The notes below the pieces were generated by a model. The model worked only from the letters and a program-made list of their open reading frames with translations. It made no database searches and had not been told where the DNA came from. From Candidatus Binatia bacterium (lineage in GTDB: Bacteria; Desulfobacterota; Binatia; HRBIN30; CADEER01), in assembly GCA_028282445.1 (NCBI GenBank), contig JANQHZ010000535.1, positions 1 through 39,252 on the forward strand: DNA of 39,252 nt. The letters run 5' to 3'. Both the position numbers and the translations under genes were made by a program. Below, in pieces: positions 31,522 through 39,252 of the stretch; positions within the stretch are counted from its first letter, which is position 1; every line of letters begins with the position of its first letter.

Positions 31522-33900
31522 TTATGCCGCGCCCGCGGTGACCTTCTCAATTCTGCAGCGAACCTGCTTGTGATGTGGACAGCCGGTAAATGGATCCCGG
31601 TCTTGCGCATCAGTCAGGATGTTGATGCTCACGCCGGTTGTGACCAACTCCCCTTCGGGCGTGCCATCGGCCGGGTATTGAGACCCGAACCCATTGGGGA
31701 TGCTGACGTGCCCTTTGCGCATCTTTGGATCGACGAAGACTGGAAGCTGCACGGTTCCTCGACGGCTCGAGACGTTCACGATGTCGCCTGTGGCGAGCTC
31801 CAACCGATCGGCATCATCGCTGTTCACGCTCACCGTGCAGTGGGGTCCGCGACCCTTGCGCCAAGACGGGTCGCGTTGGAGCACGTTCGCAGTCCAGTGC
31901 GAACGCGTGCCACCCGCGAGAAGGAACGGGAAATCTGGATCGTCTTGTGGCGGGCTGTCCTTGGCGCGCTGAATCTCATCGATCATGGGCTTCGGCGCGA
32001 GACGCACGCGCCCGTCCTCCCAGCCAATGTTGCGGTCGAGTCCCTTGCTCGGGTCGACCTCGGCAAGGATGAATCCCTCGGGGTGCTTCATCATCCGAGC
32101 GAACACTTCGTTGCCGAGAGCGAACGGATCCTTGTCAGCCCACTCGGGACCAAATGCACGCGCGATGTCTTCGCCGCGGATGATTGCGTTGAGGTGTGCA
32201 AGCACCCAGGGAAGCGAGAGCGATCGGCACGGCAGGTGTTCCCCGACAGTGCGGTAGGTCCAGAACAGTAGCCGCGGGAGGGGGCTGGGCTCCCCGTACT
32301 CTGCAACGAGCCCTTGCGCGGTCAGCATGAACTCCGCCGCTCCTTCAGGCGTGAGTGCGTTCGGCGCCAAGTCCCGGAGGGCCCGGGGCGCATCGCCAAA
32401 TAACCCCATTGCATCAGCGATCCGCGCGTAGATCTCCGCCTCCGGAAGCGACTCATCTTTCGGCGGAATCACTGGAGGTCGGAGCTGAAGGTCTACTTCG
32501 GGATACCGGCGGGCAAAGGCGCTGAACTCCCACTTCTCTTGGGATGCAGCAGCAGGGAGAACGTAATCCGCCTTGCGGGCACTCTCGCTCATCGCGACGT
32601 CGACGACGACAAGGAGGTCGAGCATCTCGCGTGCCTCGTCCCACCTATTGGTGTCAGCCGCGGACAGCCACGGATTTCCGTTCTCGACGATCAGTCCTCG
32701 AATGCGCTCCGGATGATCCGCCATGATCTCCTCCGGAACGAGGCTGTAGGAGTACATATGGGAATCCGACAGCGCTCGAATGCCCTGAATCCCTGACACA
32801 ACCGCGCGGGGAGGCTCGTCGAAGCGATTGAGGTTTCTCGTTGGCGGGATCGGTGTTTCGAAGAACATGTTTCCGCCGAGTCGACCAAGGTTGCCGGTGA
32901 TCGTGACCATCGCCCGGATGAGATACGAGGTGAGGGTCGAGAACCACGACTGCTCGACTCCGAGGTCGTACACGAAGCCCGCGCCATCCGCCGCAGCAAA
33001 CTCTCTGGCAGTCAGGACAATGTCGTCTACAGGTATTTCACAACGGCGGGACATTTCCTCGACGTCGATCTCTGCGAGAGCGTCCTTCAGGGCTTCGTAG
33101 TCCTGAGTCCGTTGCTCGATGAAGCTAGTGTCGACCAAACCTTCTCGGACGAGGACCGCCGCCATGCCGAGGAGAAAATGCACGTCGCTTCCGGGTTTGA
33201 GCTGCACGTGCCGGTCCGCATGCTTGGTCATGTCTGTACTTCGTGGATCGATGACAACCATTGTGGTCTCGTCGTCTTGTTCGAAGTGCTTGTAGGAGTC
33301 GGTTGGGCGCGTTCCTACATTGCTCACGCGCGGATTGGTCCCGATCATCACGATGTACTTTGCGCGTGTTTTGTCGACGTGCAGCATGGTCATCGGAGGC
33401 GAGTCGAACATCCACTGATCGACCAAGTTGTGCTGGCTCTTCTCCTGCGCCCAGGCGCAGAACCATCGCTCGGAACCGATCTGGTGCAGCATGCTGGTCA
33501 GGTAGGTTGAGCACATGTGGTTGGCTTGTCCGCCGAGGCCGAAGACGGCTACCGAGCGTGGACTGTAGGTGTCCCGAAGTTGCGTCAGCTTAGCCGCGAT
33601 CTCGGCGATCGCCGTGTCCCACGGAATCCTCTCGAAAGAGCCGTCCGGTTTGCGCCGCAACGGGTGCGAGAGCCGTTGCGCATTGTCGATATACTTCGGG
33701 ATCGAAAAGGCCTTGTTGCAGATGTAGCCCTGCGTACGAGGGTTCTTCTCGTCCCCGCGGACCTTGGCGATTGTCCCGCCCTCGACATCGAACTGCAGTC
33801 CGCAGTTGTGCCCGCAAAGGTTGCAGATCCCGGACACACCCTTCGCGTTCAGGGGAGGCGTAGAAGGATCGGGATATTTGACAGTGCTGGTAGCGCTCAT
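31522..33900 (-). CDS. Molybdopterin-dependent oxidoreductase (MopB superfamily, formate dehydrogenase-like catalytic subunit)
   Basis: 792-aa ORF. N-terminal 4Fe-4S motif CNLCGHNCG...YICNKA, then a long MopB-type body and a C-terminal molybdopterin dinucleotide-binding-like segment (VSVNSDDADRLELATGDIVNVSSRRG). Confidence 0.85.
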   Translation of the reverse strand: MSATSTVKYPDPSTPPLNAKGVSGICNLCGHNCGLQFDVEGGTIAKVRGDEKNPRTQGYICNKAFSIPKYIDNAQRLSHPLRRKPDGSFERIPWDTAIAEIAAKLTQLRDTYSPRSVAVFGLGGQANHMCSTYLTSMLHQIGSERWFCAWAQEKSQHNLVDQWMFDSPPMTMLHVDKTRAKYIVMIGTNPRVSNVGTRPTDSYKHFEQDDETTMVVIDPRSTDMTKHADRHVQLKPGSDVHFLLGMAAVLVREGLVDTSFIEQRTQDYEALKDALAEIDVEEMSRRCEIPVDDIVLTAREFAAADGAGFVYDLGVEQSWFSTLTSYLIRAMVTITGNLGRLGGNMFFETPIPPTRNLNRFDEPPRAVVSGIQGIRALSDSHMYSYSLVPEEIMADHPERIRGLIVENGNPWLSAADTNRWDEAREMLDLLVVVDVAMSESARKADYVLPAAASQEKWEFSAFARRYPEVDLQLRPPVIPPKDESLPEAEIYARIADAMGLFGDAPRALRDLAPNALTPEGAAEFMLTAQGLVAEYGEPSPLPRLLFWTYRTVGEHLPCRSLSLPWVLAHLNAIIRGEDIARAFGPEWADKDPFALGNEVFARMMKHPEGFILAEVDPSKGLDRNIGWEDGRVRLAPKPMIDEIQRAKDSPPQDDPDFPFLLAGGTRSHWTANVLQRDPSWRKGRGPHCTVSVNSDDADRLELATGDIVNVSSRRGTVQLPVFVDPKMRKGHVSIPNGFGSQYPADGTPEGELVTTGVSINILTDAQDRDPFTGCPHHKQVRCRIEKVTAGAA

Positions 33901-34014
33901 AGTTGTCGGACTCCGGGAAGCCGTTGGGGATCCCCGTCCGTCGCGTGGCTTCCTCTGCGATCGGCGGTTGTGAAGGCAAATGACGAAAACTGAATCTCCA
34001 ATACCCGCGAAGCA

Positions 34015-34044
34015 TTAAAAAAGCAAGCTTGACTGCTTTTTTAA
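34015..34044. promoter_or_regulatory. Candidate TetR operator / divergent promoter palindrome
   Basis: TTAAAAAAGCA-AGCTTGAC-TGCTTTTTTAA is a perfect 11-bp inverted repeat. It forms an AT-rich island in GC-rich DNA, 22 nt upstream of the TetR ATG, and contains TTGACT. Confidence 0.4.
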
Positions 34045-34065
34045 AAATGCTAACTCTACTGTCTG

Positions 34066-34731
34066 ATGCAGGAAGATCCTTCAAACCTCTTGGGCAAATC
34101 GGTTGGAGGCGCTCGGGGCGATGCGCCCCGGCGTACCCGGAAACCACAGCTGCGCAGTGCTGAGACCCAGGCCCGGGTTCTCGACGCCGCGATCGAATGC
34201 TTGGTCGACGTGGGTTACGCGCGAACAAGCACGACGATTGTGGCAGAGCGGGCTGGAGTTTCCCGCGGTGCAATGTTGCACCACTTCCCGGTTCGTCGGG
34301 TTCTGGTCGCAGCCGCCGTCGAGCGTCTGCTGGCCGGTTTCAGGACGAAGTTCGATCAGGTCTTCGCCACACCAAACGACGGACCAGATCGGCTTGATGC
34401 AGCGGTGAGGCTCTTTTGGTCCATCTACCAGGAACCACCCTTCGCTGCCGCCTGGGAACTCTACGGGGCAGCGCGCACTGATCCGGATCTTCTGGTCAGC
34501 GTTCTCCCGGTCTTTCAGCAGCACAAGGATAAGGTGGTGGCGATTGCCGTGGAGCACTTTCCCGGCATCGCTTCTCATCCGACGGGCATGCCGATGCTAC
34601 AGCTCACAATCGACGCGATGTACGGAATGGCGCTCGAGCGCCATCTCGTGGGCGAGCTGCCCGACGAAGCGCAACGCCTGGAGCTGTTGATCCAGCTGGC
34701 GTCAAGGTTCCAGAGCGAGGTCAAGGAATAG
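34066..34731 (+). CDS. TetR/AcrR-family transcriptional regulator
   Basis: 221-aa ORF. N-terminal HTH RVLDAAIECLVDVGYARTSTTIVAERAGVSRGAMLHHFP. Confidence 0.85.
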   Translation: MQEDPSNLLGKSVGGARGDAPRRTRKPQLRSAETQARVLDAAIECLVDVGYARTSTTIVAERAGVSRGAMLHHFPVRRVLVAAAVERLLAGFRTKFDQVFATPNDGPDRLDAAVRLFWSIYQEPPFAAAWELYGAARTDPDLLVSVLPVFQQHKDKVVAIAVEHFPGIASHPTGMPMLQLTIDAMYGMALERHLVGELPDEAQRLELLIQLASRFQSEVKE

Positions 34732-34870
34732 AAGCTCTGCGACGCAGCACGCCGACGAATGTAGTTGCCCTAGCCGGTTGATGTGAACGGGAACTCGGTG
34801 GCGGTTCAAAATGAGAAGTGCACCGCATCGATTGACTGGCTGTGAGGCGGCGACGAGGGGGCCACGCTTG

Positions 34871-36418
34871 ATGAACTCACGAGCAACTCATACGCGAAGC
34901 GGCAATCGCCACATCCTATACGTTGTGTTCGGTGCCCTGATTTCGGTCGGTGCGTGCGCGGGCGATGGAGACGATGGGGTCGAGGGCGCAGTCCGGCTCG
35001 ACGCCTCCGACGCCTCCTTGGCGGCAGTCGTGGACCCGCGTTTCCAGTCGTTCAACGTCGAAATGGTCGAGGTGACGGGAGGGGAGTTTTGGGTACGGTA
35101 CGACGAGAACGACGAACCGACCGGCCGGGGTACTCGGGAGCCGATCGACCTGGCCGACACTCGGCTGCGGAACCTGGCTCGGGAGCTCGCCCCCGCATTC
35201 ATGCGTGTCAGCGGCAGCTGGGCCAACGAAACCTTCTTTGACGCCGAAGACTCGACCCAAGGAGAAGTCCCGCAGGGATTCTCGGGCGTGCTCACACCCG
35301 AGCAGTGGGACGCGGCCAACGAATTCGCGATGACCCTTGGCTTCGAGATCATCACCTCCTTCGCGGGTAGCGGCGGAACACGCGACGATTCCGGCGACTG
35401 GACCCCGGACCTGGCCCGCTCTTGGCTGGAGTATACGCGCGATCGAGGATACCCCGTAACGGCGGTCGAGTTCCTCAACGAGCCCGGATACGGCCTCGGC
35501 GGACTTCCTGCCGGCTACACGGCCGAACAATATGCGCGCGACTTTGCGGCCTTCGAAACCATGGTGAACGACACGTTTCCGTCACTATGGATCGTCGGGC
35601 ATTCGAACATCGGCGAGGTCACCCCGCAGGTGATCCCGCCGACGATTTTGACGCAGGACATGATGTCCCAAATCGGCTCCGGCGCCATCGATGCGTTCAG
35701 CTACCATTACTATCCCGCCTCGTCGAAGCGGTGCGGGGTCGATACCAAGCCGCAGGATCTACTCTCGCTCGACTACCTCGCTCGTGTGGACGACGACGCC
35801 GAACACTACGAAGCGATCCGCGACGAGTTCGACCCGAGTATTCCGATGTGGATTTCCGAAACCGGCCAGGCGACATGCGGTGGGGATCCTTTCGCGGACG
35901 AATACGTCGAAGCTCTAAGGTACTTGGATCAGTTGGGGCGCGTCGCTCTGCGAGGGACCGCCATCAACATGCACAACACTCTGGCGGCCAGTGACTACGC
36001 CCTCATCGACGAAGACGGCTTTGTGCCTCGACCGTCCTACTGGGCTGCGGTCCATTGGCAGCGACTCATGGGCGATAGGTCACTCGCGCTTGCGGCGGAT
36101 GGAGCACCCGAAGACCTGCGCCTATACGCACACTGCACGGCCGGCGGACCTTCTGGGGCTGTCACTTACCTCGCGATCAATCTCTCCGAGATAGAAACCC
36201 GAACGGTTCGCGTGCGACCATCAGCCGATCTCTATCTGTTGACCGGCAAAGGACTCCGGGCCGCCGAAATATCGCTGAACGGATCCCTCCTGACGGTCGC
36301 CCCGGACGGAACCGTGGGTGAGCTCACGCCCCAGGCGGCGCCCGCGCACGTGGAAATACCGACCACCAGTATCGCATTCATCGTCGACGACGCTGCGAGC
36401 GCAGCGGCTTGTTTATAA
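34871..36418 (+). CDS. Clan GH-A glycoside hydrolase, GH79/heparanase-like (lipoprotein signal)
   Basis: ATG at 34871 gives the lipobox-like ALISVGAC. Catalytic-type motifs VEFLNEPG (acid/base Glu) and WISETGQA (nucleophile Glu), plus a C-terminal beta-sandwich-like region. Assignment to GH79 rather than GH30 or GH5 is unverified. Confidence 0.7.
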   Translation: MNSRATHTRSGNRHILYVVFGALISVGACAGDGDDGVEGAVRLDASDASLAAVVDPRFQSFNVEMVEVTGGEFWVRYDENDEPTGRGTREPIDLADTRLRNLARELAPAFMRVSGSWANETFFDAEDSTQGEVPQGFSGVLTPEQWDAANEFAMTLGFEIITSFAGSGGTRDDSGDWTPDLARSWLEYTRDRGYPVTAVEFLNEPGYGLGGLPAGYTAEQYARDFAAFETMVNDTFPSLWIVGHSNIGEVTPQVIPPTILTQDMMSQIGSGAIDAFSYHYYPASSKRCGVDTKPQDLLSLDYLARVDDDAEHYEAIRDEFDPSIPMWISETGQATCGGDPFADEYVEALRYLDQLGRVALRGTAINMHNTLAASDYALIDEDGFVPRPSYWAAVHWQRLMGDRSLALAADGAPEDLRLYAHCTAGGPSGAVTYLAINLSEIETRTVRVRPSADLYLLTGKGLRAAEISLNGSLLTVAPDGTVGELTPQAAPAHVEIPTTSIAFIVDDAASAAACL

Positions 36419-36551
36419 GGGTGCGGCGCATCGGTTGTCTCGACTCTTGACCTAAAGCACCCGCAAGACGCGAGCGCACTCGCGAGTGGTCGGTCGCGGA
36501 TCAACGTAGCTCTGATGGCGCGGCGCGCGCCGCGAGTGACTGAGCCTGTCA

Positions 36552-36600
36552 GGCGAACCTCCGGGGTCGGCGAACCTCCGGGGCGCGAACCTCCGGGGTC
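36552..36600. repeat. Three tandem copies of a 16-17-bp unit GCGAACCTCCGGGGTCG
   Basis: GGCGAACCTCCGGGGTC GGCGAACCTCCGGGGC GCGAACCTCCGGGGTC, followed by two copies of CCCCCCATGGCCC. A single copy of the same 17-mer lies at 31118-31134. Confidence 0.7.
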
Positions 36601-36700
36601 GCCCATTGGGAGACCCCCCATGGCCCGCCCCCCCATGGCCCTTGAACGGATGCCGCTAGTCGAGCCCCGGAACCAGCGACGCCCCATTTGAGCGGGTTTC

Positions 36701-37438
36701 CTATCCCTTGAATACAGATATCTCCACGGCGTCCGGGAGGTTGGTGTATTCGATGGTCGCGACCCGGTTTTCGCTCTCGTAGCGACCGCAGCCGCGTACG
36801 TAGTCGAGGTAGCGATCCGCGCCGAACACCTCGCCGACGTTGTCCGCGACCACGACGGAGCCCGGGCGAAGCAGCTGATGCTCCTCGATCAGTTGGAGGT
36901 CACCGAGGTAGAGATCCTTCCAGTGATCGAGGAATACCAAGTCGAAGGGGCCATTTAGAGTGGGAATGGTTTTGGTGGAACCGCCCTCGATTACCGTGAC
37001 CCGGTCGCTCAGTCCGGCGTGCTCGATATTGCCCCGGGCTGCCTGAACGAAGCGGGGATTGATCTCGATCGAGGTCACGTGTGCCCGGCTGCCGAACACG
37101 TTCGCCATGTAGATCGAAGAGTACCCAGCATAGGCACCCAGCTCGAGCACACGCAGATCGCCGGAGAGCTTGGACTGCGCTTCGGCGATGACTTTGTCCT
37201 TGCCTGGCCCGATACTCATCATCCAGCGTACATTCGTGGCAAAGTCGTCGAGCTTCGCGAGCACATCGACGGGATTGCCGGCTTCCGCATTCGCCCGCAC
37301 ATAGGCCATCGCCCGCAACGGGCGCGGCGGCGCTCCGCGCAGCTGGTCGATCAAGCCGTGGGCGAGATTCCGGGTGGTGAAACCCAGCATCTTCGGACTC
37401 AGAAAACGCCACATGAGGTTTCCTCTCCCTGCGGGCAC
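36701..37438 (-). CDS. Catechol O-methyltransferase (COMT)-family SAM-dependent methyltransferase
   Basis: 245-aa ORF. [24 protein letters not shown] and [36 protein letters not shown] are colinear with the COMT motifs LELGAYCGYS, ITIEINP and [33 protein letters not shown], as I recall them. Confidence 0.8.
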   Translation of the reverse strand: [245 protein letters not shown]

Positions 37439-37848
37439 CGGCTATATCGGGCCGCCGCAGTCCCTGCGCCGGACGGTCCAGCGCTTAGGTCGATGTCGGT
37501 AGTTTGGCACCACACCCGCTCGCGTCACAAGGCAGCACAGGTGGAGACACAGATGATGGCGCGCGCAGGCACCCGAGTTATCGGGTTCGCCGATGCCGGC
37601 GGAGGTCCGGTGGGACCTGGCCCCAATCGACCGGAGCCAGGTCCCCGATTCGATCGACCGAGCGCGTCGCTAACCCGGCACGACGCCATCTAGATTGCCA
37701 TTCTCGATTCCCAGGGGGGGTACTGGTCCCAAGCTCGGCAATTGATCAGCTCGGACATATACACCTTTTGCCGTTGACGGGCGCTCCGAAATTCCGTAGC
37801 GTTCGTCATTCGCAGCGTGACCTTAGAACGGCTAGGAGGCAGGAGATC

Positions 37849-38949
37849 GTGACCAAGATCCGCCGAGGAACCGTCGACCAGCTCACGGCGATCGCGATCG
37901 CCACCCTGTCCGCATGCTTGCTCTACAGCGCTCCGGCGCTCGCCCAAGTCTGCGGCGACATGGGCGATAGTTTGTGCACGGGAAGCTGCCCCGGCGGTCA
38001 GGTTTGCGCATGTGGAGACGTCCCAGGACAGTGCGAGTGCGTCCCCACCGGCTCCTGCAGGGGATCATCAGCTCCGACATGCGGCGGCCCTTGCCCCGAC
38101 GGCCAGCGATGTGGGGAGCAGAGTTTTTTTGGTTGTCGCTGCCTGACCTGTGCTGATGAATCAGCCACAATGTGTTCACCCGGCGTCTGCCCTCCAGGCC
38201 AGGTCTGCACGTCGAACAACAACACGAACTTGTGCGAATGCACCGGAACAGCCTTCACGATGACCCCGACGGAGACGCCAAGCGCGACCCCGACGGAGAC
38301 CCCGACCGCAAGCGCCACCGCAACACCCACCGACACGGCAACCGAGACGTCTTCAGCGACTCCGACCGAAACTCCGACCTCCAGCCCTACCGACACGCCG
38401 ACCGAGACGCCAACGGTAACCGCGACCGAGACTCCCACCGCGACCGCGACTCCGACCGCGACCGCGACTCCGACCGCGACCGCGACTCCGACCGCGACCG
38501 CGACTCCGACCGCGACCGCGACCGAAACTGCCACCCTCACGCCTTCGGAGACTCCCAGCCAGTCGCCGACGGCAACGCCCCCCGTCACGCCGTCCGCGAC
38601 CGCGACCGAAACGGCCACAGCGACCCAGACCGACACGCCACAGGACACACCAACCGCAAGCCCGACCGACACTCCGACATCGGTTCCCGGCGGCGGCACC
38701 TGCGTCGAAACGGGCGACTGCGCGAGCGGATTGGTCTGCTCCGACGGAGTGTGCTGCGATCGAGAATGTGACGAACCTGGATTCTCTTGTACCGAGCCCG
38801 GTTCGGAGGGGATCTGCAGGGCAAGGATCGCGATCGCGCCGGCTGCGGATCACCGAGCGCTAACCGCGGGGATCGCGATTCTGGCTGCGATCGGAGTGTA
38901 TGCGATCGTGCGCCGGCGAGCCTCGATTCTGAGCTTGTTCGGATTCTGA
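37849..38949 (+). CDS. Secreted Cys-rich repeat protein with PT/TA-rich linker and C-terminal hydrophobic anchor plus RRR
   Basis: In-frame GTG at 37849 preceded by AGGAGG/AGGAG. Signal peptide ...[16 protein letters not shown], repeated C..G.CP.GQ.C...C.C units, a [10 protein letters not shown] linker, a second Cys-rich block, then [18 protein letters not shown]. The ORF-track 5' extension to 37504 is Arg-rich and unlikely. Confidence 0.75.
   Translation: MTKIRRGTVDQLTAIAIATLSACLLYSAPALAQVCGDMGDSLCTGSCPGGQVCACGDVPGQCECVPTGSCRGSSAPTCGGPCPDGQRCGEQSFFGCRCLTCADESATMCSPGVCPPGQVCTSNNNTNLCECTGTAFTMTPTETPSATPTETPTASATATPTDTATETSSATPTETPTSSPTDTPTETPTVTATETPTATATPTATATPTATATPTATATPTATATETATLTPSETPSQSPTATPPVTPSATATETATATQTDTPQDTPTASPTDTPTSVPGGGTCVETGDCASGLVCSDGVCCDRECDEPGFSCTEPGSEGICRARIAIAPAADHRALTAGIAILAAIGVYAIVRRRASILSLFGF
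38437..38523 (+). repeat. Perfect 18-bp tandem repeat (about 4.8 copies) inside the linker-coding region
   Basis: ACCGCGACCGCGACTCCG occurs four times at 38437-38508, followed by a partial fifth copy. It encodes (TATATP)n. Confidence 0.85.
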
Positions 38950-39004
38950 TCGCCGCGCCTCTGCAGTTCGAAAGCGGCGCGCCGGCGCGATATGGCTCGC
39001 CACA

Positions 39005-39252
39005 ATGAAGAGCGCGCGGCTGTGGCAGGCCACCAGGGCGTCATCGGTGACCCCGGCCATGGCCGTGATGTGTCTGCTGACGATTGCCGTCGCGGCCGAA
39101 TTGATCGCGCGCGCGGGTCTGTTCGACCGCGAGCTCGCGCCGCCGAGCTGGGGCACCCAGGCACGCATGTTCGACCTGCAGATGCAGAGAGTGTACGCGC
39201 TGCATCGCTCGAGCGGCCTGGACTGTGCGTTTCTCGGCAGCTCCCCGGCGCA
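39005..39252 (+). CDS. Hypothetical membrane-anchored protein, N-terminal fragment (runs off the right edge)
   Basis: My own translation from the ATG at 39005: MKSARLWQATRASSVTPAMAVMCLLTIAVAAELIARAGLFDRELAPPSWGTQARMFDLQMQRVYALHRSSGLDCAFLGSSPA.... Open to the window end, with one N-terminal TM helix. Confidence 0.4.
   Translation, partial: MKSARLWQATRASSVTPAMAVMCLLTIAVAAELIARAGLFDRELAPPSWGTQARMFDLQMQRVYALHRSSGLDCAFLGSSPA

Overview
High-GC bacterial chromosomal window; I cannot assign a taxon from sequence alone. The secreted proteins carry PT-rich linkers, dockerin/EF-hand-like modules and Cys-rich repeats. Two housekeeping flanks (about 1-12.0 kb and 31.1-39.3 kb) bracket an integrative island of about 19 kb. 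The left flank holds a UbiA-family/cupin/epimerase operon, nth, sppA, apbC/mrp and secreted lipoproteins. The right flank holds a molybdopterin oxidoreductase, a TetR regulator, a clan-A glycoside hydrolase and a COMT-like methyltransferase. The island sits at the 3' end of tRNA-Leu(CAA) and is delimited by a perfect 58-bp direct repeat (12036-12093 = 30996-31053). It carries a tyrosine integrase, an AlpA-type excisionase and a CHC2-Toprim-P-loop primase, with no virion genes, so it resembles a P4-like satellite or integrative element. Its cargo looks like a defence island with four modules. (1) A tightly coupled 4-gene cassette: small basic protein, 629-aa HExxH protein, 213-aa unknown, SIR2_2-family protein. 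(2) A PD-(D/E)xK-like protein, apparently frameshifted near its 3' end, followed by an HNH-nuclease/ABC-type ATPase fusion. (3) An XRE regulator plus a small membrane protein with a split CxxC...CxxC zinc ribbon. (4) A proteasome-beta/HslV-like Ntn hydrolase with a small partner next to the integrase. I regard modules 1 and 2 as the best candidates for an undescribed system. A multiply frameshifted 3' remnant of a second primase gene lies between modules 1 and 2, which points to accretion of two elements. Outside the island there is a host-specific palindromic REP/MITE-like repeat family (3 copies), an uncharacterised 4-Cys domain of about 165 aa present three times in two adjacent secreted proteins, and several short tandem or inverted repeats. 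All functional calls rest on motif recognition by eye. No database search or composition calculation was run.
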